From Crocosphaera sp. (GTDB taxonomy: Bacteria > Cyanobacteriota > Cyanobacteriia > Cyanobacteriales > Microcystaceae), in assembly GCA_030064955.1 (NCBI GenBank), contig JASJDW010000039.1:1-28671 (forward strand): a stretch of 28,671 nt of DNA, read 5' to 3'. The stretch's first letter is position 1. Every line of letters begins with the position of its first letter. Under the pieces are notes generated by a model. It searched no databases. It saw only the letters and a list, made by a program, of their open reading frames with translations, and had not been told where the DNA came from. Position numbers and translations under genes: made by a program. This document shows, in pieces, positions 16,687 through 25,602 of this stretch.

Positions 16687-17721
16687 TTAATTTGAGTAAG
16701 ACTGCGCCATTCCTACCAGAACTTTTCGTTCACCAAGATAAGGCATTCTTCCGTGACAAACTAGCATATTATCCAACAAAAGAATATCTCCTGTTTGCCA
16801 AGGAAAAATTATGGTTTCTTGTTGATAACAATGACAAATTTCAGCAATAATGGAAGGGTCAATGGGAGATCCATCTCCGTAATAAGCATTACGGGGTAAG
16901 TCTTCTTCTTTATACTCAGTTAAAAACAAATCTTGAATTTGGGGATCTAGACTAGATATATGGAATAAGTGCGCCTGATTAAACCATATTTTTTCTTTAG
17001 TCTGGGGATGAATAGCAGTTGCTTGACAGACTTGCCAAGTTTTTAGGCGATCGCCTTCGTTCCATTGCCAGTTAATTCTCTGCTGACGACAATAGGCTTC
17101 GACGACTGATTTTTCCTCAGTCTGAAAGACATTTTGCCAACTTAAATCTAATCCTTTACTATAGTTTCGCACATATAGAATCTTTTTTTCTTCAAATTGA
17201 GCAACAAGTTTCGGGGATAGTCTTTTGAAGATTTTTCGACTGTCTGCGATCGGGGTATTCCCCCCCTCTTTCGCTGCTTTTTGGCAAAAAAAGGCTATTT
17301 TAAGCGGCCAAGTACAACTATAGGCCATTTCGTTATGTAAAGGAATCGTTTGATGAGCAGGATATTCGGTTGAGGTGTGAATTTTTTCGGTTACCTGCGA
17401 TCGTGGTGTTGAACGATAAGTATAATCTAATAAATCTCCCCAAATTATTTGAAGTAATTGTTCAAATTCTACTAGCTTTTGGAGCGGGAAATTACGCAAT
17501 AAAATGCCACCATATTGATGTAACTTTTCTTCAATAAAGTTACGGTTGATTTCTAACCAACTGCGTAAATTCAAGCCTTCTAAGGTAGGTTGAATAATTA
17601 AAGGAATCTTTTCTCTAAAATAGCTGCTTTTAATTAATCCATGAGCTTCAATGTTAACAGATTTACGCCTAACGAGGCTTAACTTTTGATGTCCTAAATT
17701 TTTGAGTTTTTGTTGAGTCAT
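16687..17721 (-). CDS. TauD/TfdA-family Fe(II)/2OG dioxygenase, SyrP-like. It is a putative hydroxylase acting on a carrier-protein-bound amino acid.
   Basis: ATG at 17721. The facial triad is intact: IPLHNEMAY (His129-x-Glu131) and LVCHGRMPY (His323). GGNTPIADS follows the triad as in TauD/SyrP-type enzymes. The N-terminal LNLRSWLEINRNFIEEKLHQYGGILLRNF is typical of NRPS-associated TauD homologues. Confidence 0.85.
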   Translation of the reverse strand: MTQQKLKNLGHQKLSLVRRKSVNIEAHGLIKSSYFREKIPLIIQPTLEGLNLRSWLEINRNFIEEKLHQYGGILLRNFPLQKLVEFEQLLQIIWGDLLDYTYRSTPRSQVTEKIHTSTEYPAHQTIPLHNEMAYSCTWPLKIAFFCQKAAKEGGNTPIADSRKIFKRLSPKLVAQFEEKKILYVRNYSKGLDLSWQNVFQTEEKSVVEAYCRQQRINWQWNEGDRLKTWQVCQATAIHPQTKEKIWFNQAHLFHISSLDPQIQDLFLTEYKEEDLPRNAYYGDGSPIDPSIIAEICHCYQQETIIFPWQTGDILLLDNMLVCHGRMPYLGERKVLVGMAQSYSN

Positions 17722-17793
17722 AATAGGTTTTAGGTTGGGGTATTCTGAAGGTTAATCTAATTGAGATAAGTAATCAATCTTGATTTATTTATT

Positions 17794-18357
17794 CTAGAGA
17801 TTTTTAGCTAAGTCCAATGTAAATTTTTGTTGAACACCTGTCTTGACAGAATCAGACAAATATTTAAAAACTTTACGATAGCGAAGACGGTAAAATAATA
17901 TATAAATTCCAATTTTATGATGCCAAGGTACATAATCAAATTCTTCGATAACATTTGCCATATGTAAGATAACTAAATTGAGCCATTCTGAATAACTAAT
18001 CGTGATTTTATCAGAGGTTAACCGATTAATAATACAAATTTCCGACCTTTGGTTAGGTTGAATGTCAAAATAATTTTCTCGTTGTTTACAAATGCAAAAT
18101 AAATAGACAATTTTCTCAGCTTCTTCTCCAATCGCTTCTTGTAATTCTTTTCGTTGACAAAATTTTAAAATGTAGTTTTTTTGGGTTCCTTCTGTGCCAT
18201 AAAAAGAATGAAAATACCCAGCCAAACAGAGAGTAGGAGCACATTTCCATTTTTTTAATAAATCTCCGGTTCCGACTAAATGCTCATAAAACGTCCTTTT
18301 TGTATGAACAATTCTATGGGTTTGATAAGATTTGAGCAGATATAAAACATTTTCCAT
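17794..18357 (-). CDS. Hypothetical protein with an HD-domain-like His-rich N-terminal motif. Function is unknown.
   Basis: ATG at 18357. The 187-aa ORF is co-directional and tightly packed between cluster genes. The motif string HRIVHTKRTFYEHLVGTGDLL...LAGYFHSFYGTEG resembles the H...HD metal motif of HD-superfamily proteins, but with HS instead of HD. I cannot make a confident family assignment from sequence alone. Confidence 0.6.
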   Translation of the reverse strand: MENVLYLLKSYQTHRIVHTKRTFYEHLVGTGDLLKKWKCAPTLCLAGYFHSFYGTEGTQKNYILKFCQRKELQEAIGEEAEKIVYLFCICKQRENYFDIQPNQRSEICIINRLTSDKITISYSEWLNLVILHMANVIEEFDYVPWHHKIGIYILFYRLRYRKVFKYLSDSVKTGVQQKFTLDLAKNL

Positions 18358-18407
18358 TGTCTTTACTTTAATTATTAATTGTTAATTTTTAAATACTTTT
18401 AGAGTCT

Positions 18408-21400
18408 TTAACTGTTAGTTTTGCGTCGCATTCTTTTTAATCTTTTTTGGGCAATTCCTTCTAATTGCTCTGCTTTACCAAATTGTCTTCTTTGTTCTAA
18501 TTCTATTAGTTTTTGTTTGAGAGTAAGCAAAGGAATATTTGGATTGTCTATAATAGTTTTCAATAAACTTATAAATTGCTCGATCCAGTTTTGAATTGTT
18601 TCTGGTTTAAATAAATCTGCATTATAGGTTACAGTTAAGGTCAAATTATCTTCATTTTCTGCTAAATTCCAAGTTAAATCTCTTCGAGTTGCACCCGAAA
18701 AATTTAACACTGCTTTAACATCAAGATCGGTAAATTGTAATCCTTGACCAAATTTATCTAAATTAAATTGAACATTAATCAAAGGGGGACGACTGGGATC
18801 TCGTTTTAATTTCAATTTTTGTAAAAGTTGAGAATAGGGATAAGTTTGATGTTCATAAGCTTCTAATAGGGTTTGTTTTATATAAGCTAAATGTTGAGAA
18901 AAAGTTGTTTTTGGCTCACGAAAACGCACTGGTAATACATTAACACAATACCCGACTAATTTTTTTCTACCTGTCGCTAATTGTCCGGCTGCTGAAATTC
19001 CAATTACTCGATCATTTTGCTGAGATAAATGCTGTAAAAGCACATCAAAAATAGCCAAGAGTATCATAAATAAAGTTACTCCTTGTTGATGCTCTAAATT
19101 TTTTATTTTGTCTTTTAAACTACTCTCAATAATTCCAAATTCCTGTTTCCCTTGATAGGTTTGTATGGGAGGACGAGGGAAGTCCATGGGTAAGTCTAAT
19201 TGAGGAATAATATCATTAAATTGTTGTAACCAATAACTTTCATTCTTTGAATTATATAGATTAGTTTGGTGATTAAGAGATACATATTCACTAAATTGAT
19301 CTGGTTGTTTTAATGTGGTTTTAATTCCCTTTTTTTGTGCATTATAAAGTGCAGCTAATTCCTGCATCATAAGATCAATTGACCAACCATCTGAGATAAT
19401 ATGATGAATCGTCAATACCAACCAATGTAACTCTGAAGAAACTTTAACAATATGCCATCTTAATGGGGGATAATCACTCATATTAAAAGTTTCTTGCACG
19501 GTTTTATTTAACCAGGCTGTCATTTCAGCTAGTTCATTTTTGCTAAAATCTAAATAGGGAATTTCAATAGTATACTGAGGTAAAATTTCTTGAGTTTCTC
19601 CCTCAACATCAATTAGAATGCGTAAAGCTTCATGACGATTCACAATCGTTTGGATCGCTTGATTTAAGGCTTTAATATCTAATTTTCCTGTTAATTCTAA
19701 GCGTAATGAGTCGTTATAAGCAACTGATCCCTCTTCTTGGAGTTGTGCTAATGTCCAAAGTTGTTTTTGTGCTAACGTTAAGGGGATTTGATGACGAGAA
19801 CGAGCAATAATAAGGGATTGTTGATTAATTAAAGAACTATCAGGGGTTGGTAAAGAAATTATCTCAGTAAATCCTGTCTCTTGTAAAATTTTCTGCCATT
19901 TTTTTACGGATATCAGGGGATAAGAAGGACGTAATTCTTGATCTGTAAATTTCCACCATCCTTCTGTTAACCCAAAAATCAAATCTAACCAACGCTGGGG
20001 AGACGTTCCTTCCATTAAAATGATAATTCCCCCTGGCATTAATAGTTGATGAATATGTTTTAAACTCTGAATTAGGTTAGCGGTACTATGAATTACATTA
20101 GCGGCAATAATAATATGATAGGTCTTTCTTCCTAAGTCTTGGCTGTGGGGTTCCTGTTCAATGTCTAAACTGCCATAATGCAGACAAGAATAATGGTGAA
20201 AAACTTGTTTTGCACGGTTAATAAAGAGGGGAGAAAGGTCGGTAAAATAATATTCTACAGACGTTTGGGATAAATTAGGAACAATATAGGCAGTTGTTCC
20301 CCCTGTTCCTGCTCCTATCTCTAAAATACGGGCTTTTTCGCCTTCATTAATTGAGTCTAAAGCGAAACTAACAGTTTTTTCAATTAAAGTATTCAGAAAA
20401 ACTGCCATGGGAGATGTTTTATAAAGTTGAGTCGCAGCACTTAAGTCACCTTGAGGAAATATTAACTGTAGGGGATTAACTTTACCTTGTAATACCTCTG
20501 CTAAAGCGGAACCACAACGGTTGAGTAACGTAATTTCTGCTTGTAAAAAAGGATATTGAGTGGCAATTTCTTCTGCTAATATTTTAGATTCAATTATCTC
20601 TGGCTTTTTAATAATTTCTCCACCGGAAGGGGTAAAGTGGAAAATATCTTCTTCTGCTAAAATTTCTAACAACCGTTGCCAAAGTGAAGAAAATGAAGGC
20701 ATAATTCCCAATTTTTTCTTTATTTCTGGAGTCAATTTTTCCCCCTGAATAAAGTTGATTCCCAATTGCTCAAAAGCTTCGATGATATAGGCTAAACTCA
20801 GCTTTTCTATTTGTGCAAATCCTTGGGGATATTCCTGCAATTCTGAGTGCTGAGAAAGATGACTTATTAAAGGAAGTAAACGCCGATAAATAATGTTAGG
20901 AGATAATCGGTTTGCACTCACAGAAGAATTAATCGTTTCTTGAGTCTTTTTAGTGGGAAAAAAGCCTCCTTCTCGTAATTCTATGACACTAGATTTAATC
21001 GCTTCTTTCAAAAAATCAATATCTTCATCCGTATGTGCGCTAGAGAGAAAACAATTACGTCCTTCCCAAATATAAATGCCCTTTTCTAATAAGTGATAGT
21101 AGAGTAAATCTAAATTTTCTGGGGATGAAAAGCGAAACAATGAACCAAAATAAACAATTTTAAGAGGAATTTCCGCTTTTTCAAAATAATGATTCAACTG
21201 ATTAGCCAACTCAGTTGTCCGTCTATTTAATTGTTGTTGTAAACCTTCTCCCGCTTCTTTCAGATATTGTAAAATAGCATAAGCCCCAGCCATACCTAAA
21301 TGATTTTTATTAAAAGTTCCAGCAAAAAATGTTTTTTCGGCGCGAGGATAGGAATTATCCCCATAATTCCATTCTCCTCCATCAATGGCATCTAAATAAC

Positions 21401-24400
21401 GCGATTTACCAGCTACTACCCCAATTGGTAAACCGCCTCCTACAATTTTTCCATAAGTAACCAAATCCGCTTCAATGCCAAACCATTTTTGCGCCCCCCC
21501 TGGATGAATCCGAAATCCTAACAATACCTCATCAAAAATTAGAGGAATTTGGGCTGTTTGGGTGAAAGTGCGTAATTTTTGTAAAAAAGCTTTCGGTTGT
21601 ACATGGGGACGACGACTGGGAACCGGTTCTACTAAAACTGCGGCTAAATCATCTTGATGGTGAGATAAAATTTCTAAACTACGGGGGCTATCGTACTCTA
21701 ACATCAGCACGTCTTTGACCGCATTTTCAGTGATTCCCGCTACCATTGGAACAGTTTCCATTGTCCCGTGAGGTGCAACGGCTAAAACCCCATCAAAATG
21801 TCCGTGATAAGATCCCCTAAATAAAGCGATTTTGCGCCGTCCTGTGACAGTTCTCGCTAATCTTAGGGCTGTCATGACCGCTTCAGTCCCAGAATTACAA
21901 AATAAAACCCGTTCAACCCCTGTTAAATCTTGGATTAATTGGGCGACTTCAGCGGCTAAATTAGATTGAGGCCCAATTTGTAACCCTTTTTCTAGCTGTT
22001 TCGCGATCGCTTGACTAATAACAGGGGCATTATGCCCTAATAACAATACGCCAAACCCCATTGTAATATCTAAATATTCATTACCATCGATGTCCCAAAA
22101 TCGAGATCCCTGAGCTTTTTCTCCGACAATGGGATAAAGGAGTTCTTTGATTGAAGGGCGAAATCCAGCGACGGCTCGACTATCTGCAAGAAGAGGACGG
22201 AATGCGTTAGCTTTTGCTTTAGATTTCGCAGTTTTGGCATTATAACGCTTAATTAACTCATTTACATGGTTTTGTTGTTGAGGGGTAAAATTAACCGTTT
22301 GAGGGGTTTGTCTCCAGGTTTTTTTTTTCTCTGTTTCCGGCAAAGATAAAGAATTATTAGAATTTTGAGGAACAACGGGCAATTTTGGGGATTGATTTAG
22401 GGGTTTTCCCTGTAATAATGCCAATTGTTGAGACATTACCTCTAATTGCTGAGTAATAATTCTTTCGAGATTAGTTTCTGCTAAAGTAGAATTAAGCAAG
22501 GGCTTGGACAGAGATTTTTGACTAATTTCTTGAATTTCTGGCTTAGATGGTTCTAAAATTGGCGAAGAAGGAATTTCTTGGGCGATATGTTCTCCTAATG
22601 CTTCAATTGTTGCCCATACTTCAAATAATTGGCTAATATTAATCTTTAATCCATAGTTATTTTCAATGGCTCGCACCACATCTAATAAAACCAGGGAATC
22701 TGCTCCCATTTCTAAAAATGATTGACGATAATCTAATTTACTGGGGTCAATATCGAGTAAATTGGCGACTAAATTCCTTAATTCTTGAATAATCTGCTTT
22801 TTATGATGATTATCTTCTTCTGGTGTCAGGGGGTTATCAGTGGCTTGCTTCGGAAAATTTTGAGAGTCTGTCATAGTTTTTTGGGGATTTTCGAGATAAT
22901 TAGGAGAATTTTGGCTATATTCCCGTTCAATCTTTTCTGTTTCTTCCAGCCAATAGAATTGACGTTGAAAAGGATAAGTTGGTAAAGATAAGCGATGTCG
23001 GTGATAGTCCTGATCCCATCCTTTCCAGTTGATCTTTGCCCCTTGAACAGATAAATGAGCCATACTTGAGGCTAAAATTGTCCAATCTTCTGCTCCTTCA
23101 ACTAAAGAAGGAAGCCAAATTCCTTGCTGCCAACGTTGTCCTAATTTAGATAATATTGGTTTAGCCCCAATTTCTAAAAATAACTGGTATTTTTGCCCTA
23201 ATAATGTCTGAATTCCTTCTTTAAAACGTACTGGGTTACAGGTTTGTTGTCCCCAATAATTGCCATCAGGAATTTTATCTTCTGGCCACAATTTACCGGT
23301 TAAATTAGAAATTAAAGGAATTTTTGGCTTCTGAAAGGAAATGTCTGCCATACTGGTTTGCCATTCCTCTAAAATCGGCTCTATTAGGGGAGAGTGAAAC
23401 CCATGAGAAACCGTTAAAGGATGGTTTTTAATGCCTTCTCTCTCCAAAATCTCGATGATTTTCTCAATCGGTTCGTCTCTACCTGAAATAACCGTATTTT
23501 CTTCTCCATTTAAACTGCCGATTACGACCCAAGGAGACGATAGTTGCATTAGTATCGCTTTAATCAAATCTTCAGAGGCAAAAACAGCTACCATTCGCCC
23601 TTTTTCTGGTAAATTTTCGATTAATTTCGCTCTTATGGCAATTAATTTTAACCCTTCTTCTAACGTAAACACGTCAGCGAGACACGCAGCAACATACTCT
23701 CCTAGACTGTGGCCAATCATCGCAGCAGGTTTAATTCCCCAGGATAACCACATTTGAGCCAGGGCATATTCTAGGGAAAATAAAGCTGTTTGGGTATAAA
23801 TTGGTCTTTGAATGATATTTTGTGGAGAATCATTAGAATATAAAACAGAAAGCAAAGATTCCTCTAAATAAGGCTCTAAAATTTCCTCACAACGTTGCAA
23901 CCATCGCCGAAAAGTCGGTTGAGTTTCGTACAATTGCTTACCCATTCCCCAATATTGAGATCCTTGTCCTGTGAAGAGAAAGACCACTGGCGTTGGTTTT
24001 CGTTTGCTAAACTCTCCTGAAACGAGATGGGGATCTTTGGTGTTATTAAGAAAATTCTGTAATGAATCGCCGATTTGTTGTCGATTTTTACCAAATACTG
24101 CTAAACGCTGCTTAAAATGAGAGCGTCCTGTATTAGCTGTCCAACAAATATCCCCTAAGCTCAGATGAGCGTTATTGTGAAGAAAGTCATGGTAACGATA
24201 CGCTAATGTTTTTAAGGCAGGTTCAGTTTTAGCAGATAAGGTTAATAGGTGTTGGAGACGTTCAGGATTATTGGAGACAATAACAGACTCTGGTGCTTCT
24301 TCGAGAATGATATGACAATTCGTCCCGCCAAAACTAAATCCGCTCACCCCTGCAATCCTTTTTCCTGGTTCAGATACCCACGGTTGATTCTCTGTCGGGA

Positions 24401-25589
24401 TGAAAAAGCGGCTATCAGTCATCTCTAAATGAGGATTTAAGTCCTTCAGATGTAGATGCGGAAAAAACTGCCGTTTTTGCAACGATAAGATCACCTTGAT
24501 GATCCCGGCAATTCCGGCTGCATTTTCTAAATGTCCAATATTCGTCTTTACTGAGCCAATCGCACATTTTTCCTCAGGTTTGCGCCCTTCTTCTAATACA
24601 GCTTTAATCGCTCTTATTTCCACTGGATCTCCCAAGGGCGTTCCTGTTCCGTGTGCTTCTAGATAACTTACCTGATTCGGGTAAATTCCGGCGTTTTTTA
24701 AGGCTTTTTTGATAACGGCTTGCTGTGCTAACCCATTAGGGGCTGTTAACCCATTACTCGCCCCATCATGATTAATGGCTGATCCCCGAATAATGGCTAA
24801 AAGGCGATCGCCTGTTTCTAAGGCATCGGATAATCGCTTAATGGCAATCATTCCACACCCTTCTCCTCGCACATAACCATCCGCTTTCGCATCAAAGGTT
24901 TTACACCGTCCTTCTCCTGACATCATCTGTGCTTGGGAAAAAGTAATGGTCATATCAGGTGAAATCATTAAACTGACTCCCCCGGCTAAGGCGAGATCGC
25001 ATTCTCTTTGTTGTAAACTTTGGCACGCTAAATGAACGGCGACTAAAGAAGAAGAACAAGCCGTTTCGACAGCAAGGGAAGGGCCATGAAGATCGAGAAA
25101 ATAGGAGACACGATTAGCCGCTAAACTCAAGGTTAACCCGGTACCATGATAAGCATTAATGCGCTCCAAATCCTGACATAATAAGCGTCCATAGTCAAAA
25201 TTACCAATGCCAACAAATACCCCTGTTTGACTTCCCTTCAGGGAAATTGGAGCAATCCCTGCATTTTCTAAACATTCCCAGGAGACCTCCATCACTAAAC
25301 GCTGTTGTGGATCGATTCTCGTGGCCTCTTTGGGGGAAATATTGAAGAAATGCGGGTCAAAATCTCCGATCTGCTCTAAAAATCCTCCCCAACGACTATT
25401 GGTTTTTCCCGTCGTTTGCGGCTCAGGATGATAATGTTGTGAGATTGACCAACGATCTGATGGCACTTGTGTAATCCCATCAAGTCCTTTCACCAATAAT
25501 TGTTCAAAGGCGGCCGGAGCGGGCGATCGCGGAAAGCGACATCCCATTCCGATAATGGCAAAGAACTGTGGGGCAGATGGCTGATTCAT
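18408..25589 (-). CDS. Hybrid PKS/NRPS: KS-AT-ACP-aminotransferase(class III, PLP)-cMT-C. It is a beta-amino fatty acid forming module.
   Basis: ATG at 25589. KS: TACSSSLVAVH, EAHGTGTPLGDP, NIGHLENAAG. AT: FTGQGSQ, GHSLGE, HGFHS (malonyl-type). ACP: LEMGADSL. Aminotransferase: CNSGTEAVM, FDEV, YGKIVGGGLP (PLP Lys1381). Methyltransferase: ILEIGAGTGGTT, YFTDLS, IIAANVIHST, LLMPGGIIILME, FGLTEGWWKF, which is the PKS C-MT pattern. C domain: HHIISDGWS. There are no KR, DH or ER motifs. Confidence 0.95.
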   Translation of the reverse strand: MNQPSAPQFFAIIGMGCRFPRSPAPAAFEQLLVKGLDGITQVPSDRWSISQHYHPEPQTTGKTNSRWGGFLEQIGDFDPHFFNISPKEATRIDPQQRLVMEVSWECLENAGIAPISLKGSQTGVFVGIGNFDYGRLLCQDLERINAYHGTGLTLSLAANRVSYFLDLHGPSLAVETACSSSLVAVHLACQSLQQRECDLALAGGVSLMISPDMTITFSQAQMMSGEGRCKTFDAKADGYVRGEGCGMIAIKRLSDALETGDRLLAIIRGSAINHDGASNGLTAPNGLAQQAVIKKALKNAGIYPNQVSYLEAHGTGTPLGDPVEIRAIKAVLEEGRKPEEKCAIGSVKTNIGHLENAAGIAGIIKVILSLQKRQFFPHLHLKDLNPHLEMTDSRFFIPTENQPWVSEPGKRIAGVSGFSFGGTNCHIILEEAPESVIVSNNPERLQHLLTLSAKTEPALKTLAYRYHDFLHNNAHLSLGDICWTANTGRSHFKQRLAVFGKNRQQIGDSLQNFLNNTKDPHLVSGEFSKRKPTPVVFLFTGQGSQYWGMGKQLYETQPTFRRWLQRCEEILEPYLEESLLSVLYSNDSPQNIIQRPIYTQTALFSLEYALAQMWLSWGIKPAAMIGHSLGEYVAACLADVFTLEEGLKLIAIRAKLIENLPEKGRMVAVFASEDLIKAILMQLSSPWVVIGSLNGEENTVISGRDEPIEKIIEILEREGIKNHPLTVSHGFHSPLIEPILEEWQTSMADISFQKPKIPLISNLTGKLWPEDKIPDGNYWGQQTCNPVRFKEGIQTLLGQKYQLFLEIGAKPILSKLGQRWQQGIWLPSLVEGAEDWTILASSMAHLSVQGAKINWKGWDQDYHRHRLSLPTYPFQRQFYWLEETEKIEREYSQNSPNYLENPQKTMTDSQNFPKQATDNPLTPEEDNHHKKQIIQELRNLVANLLDIDPSKLDYRQSFLEMGADSLVLLDVVRAIENNYGLKINISQLFEVWATIEALGEHIAQEIPSSPILEPSKPEIQEISQKSLSKPLLNSTLAETNLERIITQQLEVMSQQLALLQGKPLNQSPKLPVVPQNSNNSLSLPETEKKKTWRQTPQTVNFTPQQQNHVNELIKRYNAKTAKSKAKANAFRPLLADSRAVAGFRPSIKELLYPIVGEKAQGSRFWDIDGNEYLDITMGFGVLLLGHNAPVISQAIAKQLEKGLQIGPQSNLAAEVAQLIQDLTGVERVLFCNSGTEAVMTALRLARTVTGRRKIALFRGSYHGHFDGVLAVAPHGTMETVPMVAGITENAVKDVLMLEYDSPRSLEILSHHQDDLAAVLVEPVPSRRPHVQPKAFLQKLRTFTQTAQIPLIFDEVLLGFRIHPGGAQKWFGIEADLVTYGKIVGGGLPIGVVAGKSRYLDAIDGGEWNYGDNSYPRAEKTFFAGTFNKNHLGMAGAYAILQYLKEAGEGLQQQLNRRTTELANQLNHYFEKAEIPLKIVYFGSLFRFSSPENLDLLYYHLLEKGIYIWEGRNCFLSSAHTDEDIDFLKEAIKSSVIELREGGFFPTKKTQETINSSVSANRLSPNIIYRRLLPLISHLSQHSELQEYPQGFAQIEKLSLAYIIEAFEQLGINFIQGEKLTPEIKKKLGIMPSFSSLWQRLLEILAEEDIFHFTPSGGEIIKKPEIIESKILAEEIATQYPFLQAEITLLNRCGSALAEVLQGKVNPLQLIFPQGDLSAATQLYKTSPMAVFLNTLIEKTVSFALDSINEGEKARILEIGAGTGGTTAYIVPNLSQTSVEYYFTDLSPLFINRAKQVFHHYSCLHYGSLDIEQEPHSQDLGRKTYHIIIAANVIHSTANLIQSLKHIHQLLMPGGIIILMEGTSPQRWLDLIFGLTEGWWKFTDQELRPSYPLISVKKWQKILQETGFTEIISLPTPDSSLINQQSLIIARSRHQIPLTLAQKQLWTLAQLQEEGSVAYNDSLRLELTGKLDIKALNQAIQTIVNRHEALRILIDVEGETQEILPQYTIEIPYLDFSKNELAEMTAWLNKTVQETFNMSDYPPLRWHIVKVSSELHWLVLTIHHIISDGWSIDLMMQELAALYNAQKKGIKTTLKQPDQFSEYVSLNHQTNLYNSKNESYWLQQFNDIIPQLDLPMDFPRPPIQTYQGKQEFGIIESSLKDKIKNLEHQQGVTLFMILLAIFDVLLQHLSQQNDRVIGISAAGQLATGRKKLVGYCVNVLPVRFREPKTTFSQHLAYIKQTLLEAYEHQTYPYSQLLQKLKLKRDPSRPPLINVQFNLDKFGQGLQFTDLDVKAVLNFSGATRRDLTWNLAENEDNLTLTVTYNADLFKPETIQNWIEQFISLLKTIIDNPNIPLLTLKQKLIELEQRRQFGKAEQLEGIAQKRLKRMRRKTNS

Positions 25590-25602
25590 AGATAAATATT
25601 CA

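Noticed and set aside
19845-20822. The methyltransferase domain of the PKS as an NRPS-type N-methyltransferase.
   Set aside because: Its motif set (EIGAGTGGTT, YFTDLS, AANVIHST, GWWKF) is the PKS cMT pattern, not the NRPS N-MT pattern (VLEIGTGSG...). N-methylation of the beta-amine is kept only as a minority alternative.
20560-24094. Short track ORFs within the PKS gene: 20560..20748+, 22785..22985+, 23431..23757+ and 23876..24094-.
   Set aside because: For the same reason: they are embedded in the 2393-aa KS-AT-ACP-AMT-cMT-C frame and lack motifs.
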